Assembly: GCA_964016885.1 (NCBI GenBank)
Contig: OZ024741.1
Location: forward strand, 403,062,001 to 403,126,000
Direction: 5' to 3'
Source of the DNA: Eledone cirrhosa
Lineage: Eukaryota
DNA length: 64,000 nucleotides
Of this stretch, positions 27,050 through 41,200 are shown one piece after another. A program made the translations under genes and the position numbers. The notes below the pieces were generated by a model. It was not told the origin of the DNA. It did no database searches and worked only from the letters and a program-made list of their open reading frames with translations. The first letter of the stretch is position 1, and each line of letters begins with the position of its first letter.

Positions 27050-30000
27050 TGCCAGAGTTAACTTCCACTACAGTCTCTCTATATTCTCAGTTACTACCAG
27101 ACATAACTTCCACTACAGTCTCTCTATAATCTCAGGTACTGCCAGACTTAACTTCCACTACATTCTCTCTATATTCTCAGTAACTGCCAGACATAACTTC
27201 CACTACAGTCTCTCTATATTCTCAGTTACTGCCAGAGTTAACCTCCACTACGGTCTCTCTATATTCCCAGTTACTGCCAGACACAACTTCCACTACAGTC
27301 TCTCTATATTCTCAGTTACTGCCAGACATCACTTCCACTACAGTCTCTCTATATTCCCAGCTACTGCCAGAGTTAACTTCCACTACAGTCTCTCTATATT
27401 CCCAGTTACTGGCAGAGTTAACTTCCACTACAGTCTCTCTATATTCCCAGTTACTGGCAGAGTTAACTTCCACTACAGTCTCTCTATATTCTCAGCTACT
27501 GCCAGAGTTAACTTCCACCACATTCTCTCTATATTCTCAGCTACTGCCAGAGTTAACTTCCACTACAGTCTCTCTATATTCTCAGCTACTGCCAGACATC
27601 ACTTCCACTACAGTCTCTCTATATTCTCAGTTACTGCCAGAGTTAACTTCCACTACAATCTCTCTATATTCCCAGTTACTGCCAGACATAACTTCCACTA
27701 CAGTCTCTCTATATTCTCAGTTACTGCCAGACATAACTTCCACTACAGTCTCTCTATATTCCCAGTTACTGCCAGAGTTAACATCCACTACAGTCTCTCT
27801 ATATTCTCAGTTACTGGCAGACATAACTTCCACTACAGTCTCTCTATATTCCCAGTTACTGCCAGACATAACTTCCACTACAGTCTCTCTATATTCCCAG
27901 TTACTGCCAGAGTTAACTTCCACTACAGTCTCTCTATATTCTCAGTTACTGCCAGACATAACTTCCACTACAGTCTCTCTATATTCTCAGTTACTGCCAG
28001 ACATCCCTTCCACTACATTCTCTCTATATTCCCAGTTACTGCCAGACATAAGTTCCACTACAGTCTCTCTATATTCCCAGTTACTGCCAGAGTTAACTTC
28101 CACTACAGTCTCTCTATATTCTCAGTTACTGCCAGAGTTAACTTCCACTACAGTCTCTCTATATTCTCAGTTACTGCCAGACATAACTTCCACTACAGTC
28201 TCTCTATATTCTCAGTAACTGGCAGACATAACTTCCACTACAGTCTCTCTATATTCTCAGTTACTGCCAGACATAACTTCCACTACAATCTCTCTATATT
28301 CTCAGTTACTGGCAGACATAACTTCCACTACAATCTCTCTATATTCTCAGTTACTGGTAGACATAACTTCCACTACAGTCTCTCTATATTCTCAGTTACA
28401 GCCAGACATAACTTCCACTACAGTCTCTCTATATTCTCAGTTACTGGCAGACATAACTTCCACTACAGTCTCTCTATATTCTCAGTTACTGCCAGAGTTA
28501 ACTTCCACTACAGTCTCTCTATATTCTCAGCTACTGCCAGAGTTAACTTCCACTACAGTCTCTCTATATTCCCAGTTACTGGCAGACATAACTTCCACTA
28601 CAGTCTCTCTATAGTCTCAGTTACTGCCAGACATAACTTCCACTACAGTCTCTCTATATTCTCAGTTACTGGCAGACATAACTTCCACTACAATCTCTCT
28701 ATATTCCCAGGTACTGGCAGACATAACTTCCACTACAGTCTCTCTATATTCTCAGTTACTGCCAGACATAACTTCCACTACAGTCTCTCTATATTCTCAG
28801 TTACTGCCAGACATAACTTCCACTACAATCTCTCTATATTCTCAGTTACTGCCAGACATAACTTCCACTACAGTCTCTCTATATTCTCAGTTACTGCCAG
28901 ACATAACTTCCACTACAGTCTCTCTATATTCTCAGTTACTGCCAGACATAGCTTCCACTACAGTCTCTCTATATTCCCAATAACTGGCAGAGTTAACTTC
29001 CACTACAGTCTCTCTATATTCTCAGTTACTGGCAGAGTTAACTTCCACTACAGTCTCTCTATATTCCCAGTTACTGGCAGAGTTATCTTCCACTACAGTC
29101 TCTCTATATTCTCAGTTACTGGCATACATAACTTCCACTACGGTCTCTCTATATTCTCAGCTACTGCCAGAGTTAACTTCCACTACAGTCTCTCTATATT
29201 CTCAGCTACTGCCAGAGTTAGCTTCCACTACAGTCTCTCTATATTCCCAGTTACTGCCAGACATCACTTCCACTACAGTCTCTCTATATTCTCAGTTACT
29301 GGCAGACATAACTTCCACTACAGTCTCTATATATTCTCTCAGTTACTGACAGACATCACTTCCACTACAGTCTCTCTATATTCTCAGTTACTGCCAGACA
29401 TAACTTCCACTACAGTCTCTCTATATTCTCAGTAACTGCCAGAGTTAACTTCCACTACAGTGTCTCTATATTCTCAGTTACTGCCAGACATAACTTCCAC
29501 TACAGTCTCTCTATATTCTCAGTTACTGCCAGACATCACTTCCACTACAGTCTCTCTATATTCTCAGTTACTGCCAGACATAACTTCCACTACAGTCTCT
29601 CTATATTCTCAGTTACTGCCAGAGTTAACTTCCACTACAGTCTCTCTATATTCCCAGTTACTGCCTGACATCACTTCCACTACAGTCTCTCTATATTCTC
29701 AGTTACTGCCAGAGTTAACTTCCACTACAGTCTCTCTATATTCTCAGTTACTGCCTGACATAACTTCCACTACAGTCTCTCTATATTCTCAGTTACTACC
29801 AGACATAACTTCCACTACAGTCTCTCTATAATCTCAGTTCCTGCCAGTCTTAACTTCCACTACATTCTCTCTATATTCTCAGTTACTGCCAGACATAACT
29901 TCCACTACAGTCTCTCTATATTCTCAGTTACTGCCAGAGTTAACTTCCACTACAGTCTCTCTATATTCTCAGTTACTGCCAGAGTTAACTTCCACTACAA

Positions 30001-33000
30001 TCTCTCTATATTCTCAGTTACTGCCAGAGTTAACTTCCACTACAGTCTCTCTATATTCTCAGTTACTGCCAGACATAACTTCCACTACAGTCTCTCTATA
30101 TTCTCAGTTACTGCCAGAGTTAACTTCCACTACAGTCTCTCTATATTCTCAGTTACTGCCAGACATAACTTCCACTACAGTCTCTCTATATTCTCAGTTA
30201 CTGGCAGACACAACTTCCACTACAGTCTCTCTATATTCTCAGTTACTGCCAGAGTTAACTTCCACTACAGTCTCTCTATATTCTCAGTTACTGGCATACA
30301 TAACTTCCACTACAATCACTCTATATTCTCAGTTACTGCCAGACATAACTTCCACTACAGTCTCTCTATATTCTCAGTTACTGCCAGACATAACTTCCAC
30401 TACAGTCTCTCTATATTCCCAGTTACTGCCAGAGTTAACTTCCACTACAATCTCTCTATATTCTCAGTTACTGCCAGACGTAACTTCCACTACAGTCTCT
30501 CTATATTCTCAGTTACTGCCAGACATCACTTCCACTACATTCTCTCTATATTCCCAGTTACTGCCAGACATAAGTTCCACTACAGTCTCTCTATATTCCC
30601 AGTTACTGCCAGAGTTAACTTCCACTACAGTCTCTCTATATTCTGAGTTACTGCCAGAGTTAACTTCCACTACAGTCTCTCTATATTCTCAGTTACTGGC
30701 AGAGTTAACTTCCACTACAGTCTCTCTATATTCTCAGTTACTGGCATACATAACTTCCACTACAGTCTCTCTATATTCTCAGTTACTGGCATACATAACT
30801 TCCACTACAGTCTCTCTATATTCTCAGTTACTGGCATACATAACTTCCACTACAGTCTCTCTATATTCCCAGTTACTGCCAGCGTTAACTTCCACTACAG
30901 TCTCTCTATATTCTCAGTTACTGCCAGACATAACTTCCACTACAGTCTCTCTATATTCTCAGTTACTGGCAGACATAACTTCCACTACAGTCTCTCTACA
31001 TTCTCAGTTACTGCCAGACATAACTTCCACTACAGTCTCTCTATATTCTCAGTTACTGCCAGACATAACTTCCACTACAGTCTCTCTATATTGTCAGTTA
31101 CTGGCAGACATAACTTCCACTACAGTCTCTCTATTTTCTCAGTTACGGGCAGACATGACTTCCACTACAGTCTCTCTATATTCTCAGTTACTGGCATACA
31201 TAACTGCCACTACAGTCTCTCTATATTCTCAGTTACTGGCAGACATAACTTCCACTATAGTCTCTCTATATTCTCAGTTACTGCCAGAGTTAACTTCCAC
31301 TACAGTCTCTCTATATTCTCAGTTACTGCCTGACATCACTTCCACTACAGTCTCTCTATATTGTCAGTTACTGCCAGAGTTAACTTCCACTACAGTCTCT
31401 CTATATTCTCAGTTACTGCCTGACATCACTTCCACTACAGTCTCTCTATATTGTCAGTTACTGCCAGAGTTAACTTCCACTACAGTCTCTCTATATTCCC
31501 AGTTACTGGCAGACATCACTTCCACTACAGTCTCTCTATATTCTCAGTTACTGCCTGACATAACTTCCACTACAGTCTCTCTATATTCTCAGTTACTACC
31601 AGACATAACTTCCACTACAGTCTCTCTATAATCTCAGTTACTGCCAGACTTAACTTCCACTACAGTCTCTCTATATTCTCAGCTACTGCCAGAGTTAACT
31701 TCCACTACAGTCTCTCTATATTCCCAGTTACTGGCAGACATAACTTCCACTACAGTCTTTCTATATTCTCAGTTACTGCCAGACATAACTTCCACTACAG
31801 TCTCTCTATATTCTCAGTTACTGGCAGACATAACTTCCACTACAATCTCTCTATATTCTCAGTTACTGCCAGACATAACTTCCACTACAGTCTCTCTATA
31901 TTCTCAGTTACTGCCAGAGTTAACTTCCACTACAGTCTCTCTATATTCTCAGTTACTGCCAGCGTTAACTTCCACTACAGTCTCTCTATATTCTCAGTTA
32001 CTGCCAGAGTTAACTTCCACTACAGTCTCTCTATATTCTCAGTTACTGGCAGACATAACTTCCACTACAGTCTCTCTATATTCCCAGTTACTGCCAGACA
32101 TAACTTCCACTACAGTATCTCTATATTCTCAGCTACTACCAGAGTTAACTTCCACTACAGTCTCTCTATATTCCCAGTTACTGGCAGACATAACTTCCAC
32201 TACAGTCTCTCTATATTCTCAGTTACTGCCAGAGTTAACTTCCACTACAGTCTCTCTATATTCTCAGTTACTGCCAGACATCACTTCCACTACAGTCTCT
32301 GTATATTCTCAGTTACTGCCAGATATCACTTCCACTACAGTCTCTCTATATTCTCAGTTACTGCGAGAGTTAACTTCCACAAAAGTGTCTCTATATTCTC
32401 AGTTACTGCCAGACATCACTTCCACTACAGTCTCTCTATATTCTCAGTTACTGCCAGAGTTAACTTCCACTACAGTGTCTCTATATTCCCAGTTACTGCC
32501 AGACATAACTTCCACTACAGTCTCTCTATATTCTCAGTTACTGCCAGAGTTATCTTCCACTACAGTCTCTCTATATTCTCAGTTACTGCCAGACATCACT
32601 TCCACTACAGTCTCTCTATATTCTCAGTTACTGCCAGACATAACTAGCAGTACAGTCTCTCTATATTCCCAGTTACTGCCAGACATAACTTCCACTACAG
32701 TCTCTCTATATTCTCAGTTACTGCCAGCGTTAACTTCCACTACAGTCTCTCTATATTCTCAGTTACTGCCAGAGTTAACTTCCACTACAGTCTCTCTATA
32801 TTCTCAGTTACTACCAGACATAACTTCCACTACAGTCTCTCTATAATCTCAGGTACTGCCAGACTTAACTTCCACTACATTCTCTCTATATTCTCAGTAA
32901 CTGCCAGACATAACTTCCACTACAGTCTCTCTATATTCTCAGTTACTGCCAGAGTTAACCTCCACTACGGTCTCTCTATATTCCCAGTTACTGCCAGACA

Positions 33001-36000
33001 CAACTTCCACTACAGTCTCTCTATATTCTCAGTTACTGCCAGACATCACTTCCACTACAGTCTCTCTATATTCCCAGCTACTGCCAGAGTTAACTTCCAC
33101 TACAGTCTCTCTATATTCCCAGTTACTGGCAGAGTTAACTTCCACTACAGTCTCTCTATATTCCCAGTTACTGGCAGAGTTAACTTCCACTACAGTCTCT
33201 CTATATTCTCAGCTACTGCCAGAGTTAACTTCCACCACATTCTCTCTATATTCTCAGCTACTGCCAGAGTTAACTTCCACTACAGTCTCTCTATATTCTC
33301 AGCTACTGCCAGACATCACTTCCACTACAGTCTCTCTATATTCTCAGTTACTGCCAGAGTTAACTTCCACTACAATCTCTCTATATTCCCAGTTACTGCC
33401 AGACATAACTTCCACTACAGTCTCTCTATATTCTCAGTTACTGCCAGACATAACTTCCACTACAGTCTCTCTATATTCCCAGTTACTGCCAGAGTTAACA
33501 TCCACTACAGTCTCTCTATATTCTCAGTTACTGGCAGACATAACTTCCACTACAGTCTCTCTATATTCCCAGTTACTGCCAGACATAACTTCCACTACAG
33601 TCTCTCTATATTCCCAGTTACTGCCAGAGTTAACTTCCACTACAGTCTCTCTATATTCTCAGTTACTGCCAGACATAACTTCCACTACAGTCTCTCTATA
33701 TTCTCAGTTACTGCCAGACATCCCTTCCACTACATTCTCTCTATATTCCCAGTTACTGCCAGACATAAGTTCCACTACAGTCTCTCTATATTCCCAGTTA
33801 CTGCCAGAGTTAACTTCCACTACAGTCTCTCTATATTCTCAGTTACTGCCAGAGTTAACTTCCACTACAGTCTCTCTATATTCTCAGTTACTGCCAGACA
33901 TAACTTCCACTACAGTCTCTCTATATTCTCAGTTACTGGCAGACATAACTTCCACTACAGTCTCTCTATATTCTCAGTTACTGCCAGACATAACTTCCAC
34001 TACAATCTCTCTATATTCTCAGTTACTGGCAGACATAACTTCCACTACAATCTCTCTATATTCTCAGTTACTGGTAGACATAACTTCCACTACAGTCTCT
34101 CTATATTCTCAGTTACAGCCAGACATAACTTCCACTACAGTCTCTCTATATTCTCAGTTACTGGCAGACATAACTTCCACTACAGTCTCTCTATATTCTC
34201 AGTTACTGCCAGAGTTAATTTCCACTACAGTCTCTCTATATTCTCAGCTACTGCCAGAGTTAACTTCCACTACAGTCTCTCTATATTCCCAGTTACTGGC
34301 AGACATAACTTCCACTACAGTCTCTCTATAGTCTCAGTTACTGCCAGACATAACTTCCACTACAGTCTCTCTATATTCTCAGTTACTGGCAGACATAACT
34401 TCCACTACAATCTCTCTATATTCCCAGGTACTGGCAGACATAACTTCCACTACAGTCTCTCTATATTCTCAGTTACTGCCAGACATAACTTCCACTACAG
34501 TCTCTCTATATTCTCAGTTACTGCCAGACATAACTTCCACTACAATCTCTCTATATTCTCAGTTACTGCCAGACATAACTTCCACTACAGTCTCTCTATA
34601 TTCTCAGTTACTGCCAGACATAACTTCCACTACAGTCTCTCTATATTCTCAGTTACTGCCAGACATAGCTTCCACTACAGTCTCTCTATATTCCCAATAA
34701 CTGGCAGAGTTAACTTCCACTACAGTCTCTCTATATTCTCAGTTACTGGCAGAGTTAACTTCCACTACAGTCTCTCTATATTCCCAGTTACTGGCAGAGT
34801 TATCTTCCACTACAGTCTCTCTATATTCTCAGTTACTGGCATACATAACTTCCACTACGGTCTCTCTATATTCTCAGCTACTGCCAGAGTTAACTTCCAC
34901 TACAGTCTCTCTATATTCTCAGCTACTGCCAGAGTTAGCTTCCACTACAGTCTCTCTATATTCCCAGTTACTGCCAGACATCACTTCCACTACAGTCTCT
35001 CTATATTCTCAGTTACTGGCAGACATAACTTCCACTACAGTCTCTATATATTCTCTCAGTTACTGACAGACATCACTTCCACTACAGTCTCTCTATATTC
35101 TCAGTTACTGCCAGACATAACTTCCACTACAGTCTCTCTATATTCTCAGTAACTGCCAGAGTTAACTTCCACTACAGTGTCTCTATATTCTCAGTTACTG
35201 CCAGACATAACTTCCACTACAGTCTCTCTATATTCTCAGTTACTGCCAGACATCACTTCCACTACAGTCTCTCTATATTCTCAGTTACTGCCAGACATAA
35301 CTTCCACTACAGTCTCTCTATATTCTCAGTTACTGCCAGAGTTAACTTCCACTACAGTCTCTCTATATTCCCAGTTACTGCCTGACATCACTTCCACTAC
35401 AGTCTCTCTATATTCTCAGTTACTGCCAGAGTTAACTTCCACTACAGTCTCTCTATATTCTCAGTTACTGCCTGACATAACTTCCACTACAGTCTCTCTA
35501 TATTCTCAGTTACTACCAGACATAACTTCCACTACAGTCTCTCTATAATCTCAGTTCCTGCCAGTCTTAACTTCCACTACATTCTCTCTATATTCTCAGT
35601 TACTGCCAGACATAACTTCCACTACAGTCTCTCTATATTCTCAGTTACTGCCAGAGTTAACTTCCACTACAGTCTCTCTATATTCTCAGTTACTGCCAGA
35701 GTTAACTTCCACTACAATCTCTCTATATTCTCAGTTACTGCCAGAGTTAACTTCCACTACAGTCTCTCTATATTCTCAGTTACTGCCAGACATAACTTCC
35801 ACTACAGTCTCTCTATATTCTCAGTTACTGCCAGAGTTAACTTCCACTACAGTCTCTCTATATTCTCAGTTACTGCCAGACATAACTTCCACTACAGTCT
35901 CTCTATATTCTCAGTTACTGGCAGACATAACTTCCACTACAGTCTCTCTATATTCTCAGTTACTGCCAGAGTTAACTTCCACTACAGTCTCTCTATATTC

Positions 36001-37530
36001 TCAGTTACTGGCATACATAACTTCCACTACAATCACTCTATATTCTCAGTTACTGCCAGACATAACTTCCACTACAGTCTCTCTATATTCTCAGTTACTG
36101 CCAGACATAACTTCCACTACAGTCTCTCTATATTCCCAGTTACTGCCAGAGTTAACTTCCACTACAATCTCTCTATATTCTCAGTTACTGCCAGACGTAA
36201 CTTCCACTACAGTCTCTCTATATTCTCAGTTACTGCCAGACATCACTTCCACTACATTCTCTCTATATTCCCAGTTACTGCCAGACATAAGTTCCACTAC
36301 AGTCTCTCTATATTCCCAGTTACTGCCAGAGTTAACTTCCACTACAGTCTCTCTATATTCTGAGTTACTGCCAGAGTTAACTTCCACTACAGTCTCTCTA
36401 TATTCTCAGTTACTGGCAGAGTTAACTTCCACTACAGTCTCTCTATATTCTCAGTTACTGGCATACATAACTTCCACTACAGTCTCTCTATATTCTCAGT
36501 TACTGGCATACATAACTTCCACTACAGTCTCTCTATATTCTCAGTTACTGGCATACATAACTTCCACTACAGTCTCTCTATATTCCCAGTTACTGCCAGC
36601 GTTAACTTCCACTACAGTCTCTCTATATTCTCAGTTACTGCCAGACATAACTTCCACTACAGTCTCTCTATATTCTCAGTTACTGGCAGACATAACTTCC
36701 ACTACAGTCTCTCTACATTCTCAGTTACTGCCAGACATAACTTCCACTACAGTCTCTCTATATTCTCAGTTACTGCCAGACATAACTTCCACTACAGTAT
36801 CTCTATATTGTCAGTTACTGGCAGACATAACTTCCACTACAGTCTCTCTATTTTCTCAGTTACGGGCAGACATGACTTCCACTACAGTCTCTCTATATTC
36901 TCAGTTACTGGCATACATAACTGCCACTACAGTCTCTCTATATTCTCAGTTACTGGCAGACATAACTTCCACTATAGTCTCTCTATATTCTCAGTTACTG
37001 CCAGAGTTAACTTCCACTACAGTCTCTCTATATTCTCAGTTACTGCCTGACATCACTTCCACTACAGTCTCTCTATATTGTCAGTTACTGCCAGAGTTAA
37101 CTTCCACTACAGTCTCTCTATATTCTCAGTTACTGCCTGACATCACTTCCACTACAGTCTCTCTATATTGTCAGTTACTGCCAGAGTTAACTTCCACTAC
37201 AGTCTCTCTATATTCCCAGTTACTGGCAGACATCACTTCCACTACAGTCTCTCTATATTCTCAGTTACTGCCTGACATAACTTCCACTACAGTCTCTCTA
37301 TATTCTCAGTTACTACCAGACATAACTTCCACTACAGTCTCTCTATAATCTCAGTTACTGCCAGACTTAACTTCCACTACAGTCTCTCTATATTCTCAGC
37401 TACTGCCAGAGTTAACTTCCACTACAGTCTCTCTATATTCCCAGTTACTGGCAGACATAACTTCCACTACAGTCTTTCTATATTCTCAGTTACTGCCAGA
37501 CATAACTTCCACTACAGTCTCTCTATATTC
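27050..37530. repeat. Tandem duplication, offset 5,717 bp (127 monomers + 2); about 4.8 kb copied
   Basis: ORF pairs 29460/35177, 31091/36808 and 31155/36872 translate identically at +5717. Shared rare variants include TAATCTCAGGTAC (~27127/32844), CCCAATAAC (~28976/34693) and TTACGGGC (~31143/36860). Confidence 0.92.
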
Positions 37531-38279
37531 TCAGTTACTGCGAGAGTTAACTTCCACAAAAGTGTCTCTATATTCTCAGTTACTGCCAGACATCACTTCC
37601 ACTACAGTCTCTCTATATTCTCAGTTACTGCCAGAGTTAACTTCCACTACAGTGTCTCTATATTCCCAGTTACTGCCAGACATAACTTCCACTACAGTCT
37701 CTCTATATTCTCAGTTACTGCCAGACATCACTTCCACTACAGTCTCTCTATATTCTCAGTTACTGCCAGAGTTAACTTCCACTACAGTGTCTCTATATTC
37801 CCAGTTACTGCCAGACATAACTTCCACTACAGTCTCTCTATATTCTCAGTTACTGCCAGAGTTATCTTCCACTACAGTCTCTCTATATTCTCAGTTACTG
37901 CCAGACATAACTTCCACTACAGTATCTCTATATTGTCAGTTACTGGCAGACATAACTTCCACTACAGTCTCTCTATTTTCTCAGTTACGGGCAGACATGA
38001 CTTCCACTACAGTCTCTCTATATTCTCAGTTACTGGCATACATAACTGCCACTACAGTCTCTCTATATTCTCAGTTACTGGCAGACATAACTTCCACTAT
38101 AGTCTCTCTATATTCTCAGTTACTGCCAGAGTTAACTTCCACTACAGTCTCTCTATATTCTCAGTTACTGCCTGACATCACTTCCACTACAGTCTCTCTA
38201 TATTGTCAGTTACTGCCAGAGTTAACTTCCACTACAGTCTCTCTATATTCTCAGTTACTGCCTGACATCACTTCCACTA

Positions 38280-41200
38280 CAGTCTCTCTATATTCTCAGT
38301 TACTGCGAGAGTTAACTTCCACAAAAGTGTCTCTATATTCTCAGTTACTGCCAGACATCACTTCCACTACAGTCTCTCTATATTCTCAGTTACTGCCAGA
38401 GTTAACTTCCACTACAGTGTCTCTATATTCCCAGTTACTGCCAGACATAACTTCCACTACAGTCTCTCTATATTCTCAGTTACTGCCAGAGTTATCTTCC
38501 ACTACAGTCTCTCTATATTCTCAGTTACTGCCAGACATCACTTCCACTACAGTCTCTCTATATTCTCAGTTACTGCCAGACATAACTAGCACTACAGTCT
38601 CTCTATATTCCCAGTTACTGCCAGACATAACTTCCACTACAGTCTCTCTATATTCTCAGTTACTGCCAGCGTTAACTTCCACTACAGTCTCTCTATATTC
38701 TCAGTTACTGCCAGAGTTAACTTCCACTACAGTCTCTCTATATTCTCAGTTACTGGCAGACATAACTTCCACTACAGTCTCTCTATATTCCCAGTTACTG
38801 CCAGACATAACTTCCACTACAGTCTCTCTATATTCTCAGCTACTGCCAGAGTTAACTTCCACTACAGTCTCTCTATATTCTCAGTTACTGCCTGACATCA
38901 CTTCCACTACAGTCTCTCTATATTCTCAGTTACTGCCAGAGTTATCTTCCACCACAGTCTCTGTATATTCTCAGTTCCTGCCTGACATAACTTCCACTAC
39001 AGTCTCTCTATATTCTCAGTTACTACCAGACATAACTTCCACTACAGTCTCTCTATAATCTCAGTTACTGCCAGACTTAACTTCCACTACATTCTCTCTA
39101 TATTCGCAGTTACTGCCAGACATAACTTCCACTACAGTCTCTCTATATTCTCAGTTACTGCCAGAGTTAACTTCCACTACAGTCTCTCTATATTCTCAGT
39201 TACTGCCAGATTTAACTTCCACTACAGTCTCTCTATATTCTCAGTTACTGGCAGACATAACTTCCACTACAGTCTCTCTATATTCCCAGTTACTGCCAGA
39301 CATAACTTCCACTACAGTCTCTCTATATTCTCAGCTACTGCCAGAGTTAACTTCCACTACAGTCTCTCTATATTCCCAGTTACTGGCAGACATAACTTCC
39401 ACTACAGTCTCTCTATATTCTCAGTTACTGCCAGAGTTAACTTCCACTACAGTCTCTCTATATTCTCAGTTACTGCCAGACATCACTTCCACTACAGTCT
39501 CTGTATATTCTCAGTTACTGCCAGACATCACTTCCACTACAGTCTCTCTATATTCTCAGTTACTGCCAGAGTTAACTTCCACTACAGTGTCTCTATATTC
39601 CCAGTTACTGCCAGACATAACTTCCACTACAGTCTCTCTATATTCTCAGTTACTGCCAGAGTTAACTTCCACTACAGTCTCTCTATATTCTCAGTTACTG
39701 CCAGACATCACTTCCACTACAGTCTCTCTATATTCTCAGTTACTGCCAGACATAACTACCACTACAGTCTCTCTATATTCCCAGTTACTGCCAGACATAA
39801 CTTCCACTACAGTCTCTCTATATTCTCAGCTACTGCCAGAGTTAACTTCCACTACAGTCTCTCTATATTCCCAGTTACTGCCAGACATCACTTCCACTAC
39901 AGTCTCTCTATATTCTCAGTTACTGGCAGACATCACTTCCACTACAGTCTCTCTATATTCTCAGTTACTGGCAGACATCATTTCCACTACAGTCTCTCTA
40001 TATTCTCAGTTACTACCAGACACCACTTCCACTACAGTCTCTCTATATTCTCACAGTTACTGACAGACATCACTTCCACTACAGTCTCTCTATATTCTCA
40101 GTTACTGACAGACATAACTTCCACTACAGTCTCTCTATATTCTCAGTTACTGCCAGAGTTAACTTCCACTACAGTCTCTCTATATTCTCAGTTACTGCCA
40201 GAGTAAACTTCCACTACAGTCTCTGTATATTCTCAGTTACTGCCAGAGTTAACTTCCACTACAGTCTCTCTATATTCTCAGTTACTGCCAGACATAACTT
40301 CCACTACAGTCTCTCTATATTCTCAGTTACTGCCAGAGTTAACTTCCACTACAGTCTCTCTATATTCTCAGTTACTGCCAGTCATATCTTCCACTACAGT
40401 CTCTCTATATTCTCAGTTACTGGCAGACATAACTTCCACTACAGTCTCTCTATATTCTCAGTTACTGCCAGAGTTAACTTCCACTACAGTCTCTCTATAT
40501 TCTCAGCTACTGCCAGAGTTAACTTCCACTACAGTCTCTCTATATTCCCAGTTACTGGCAGACATAACTTCCACTACAGTCTCTCTATATTCTCAGTTAC
40601 TGCCAGACATAACTTCCACTACAGTCTCTCTATATTCTCAGTTACTGCCAGACATAACTTCCACTACAATCTGTCTATATTCTCAGTTACTGCCAGACAT
40701 AACTTCCACTACAGTCTCTCTATATTCTCAGTTACTGCCAGACATAACTTCCACTACAGTCTCTCTATATTCTCAGTTACTGCCAGACATAGCTTCCACT
40801 ACAGTCTCTCTATATTCCCAGTTACTGGCAGAGTTAACTTCCACTACAGTCTCTCTATATTCTCAGTTACTGCCTGACATCACTTCCACTACAGTCTCTC
40901 TATATTCTCAGTTACTGCCAGAGTTATCTTCCACCACAGTCTCTGTATATTCTCAGTTCCTGCCTGACATAACTTCCACTACAGTCTCTCTATATTCTCA
41001 GTTACTACCAGACATAACTTCCACTACAGTCTCTCTATAATCTCAGTTACTGCCAGACTTAACTTCCACTACATTCTCTCTATATTCGCAGTTACTGCCA
41101 GACATAACTTCCACTACAGTCTCTCTATATTCTCAGTTACTGCCAGAGTTAACTTCCACTACAGTCTCTCTATATTCTCAGTTACTGCCAGAGTTAACTT

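Noticed and set aside
31091-38175. Three 80-aa alternative-frame ORFs (MSVTGRHNFH...)
   Set aside because: Second open frame of the same satellite, started by a TTC>TTG point variant. The three copies reflect block duplication.
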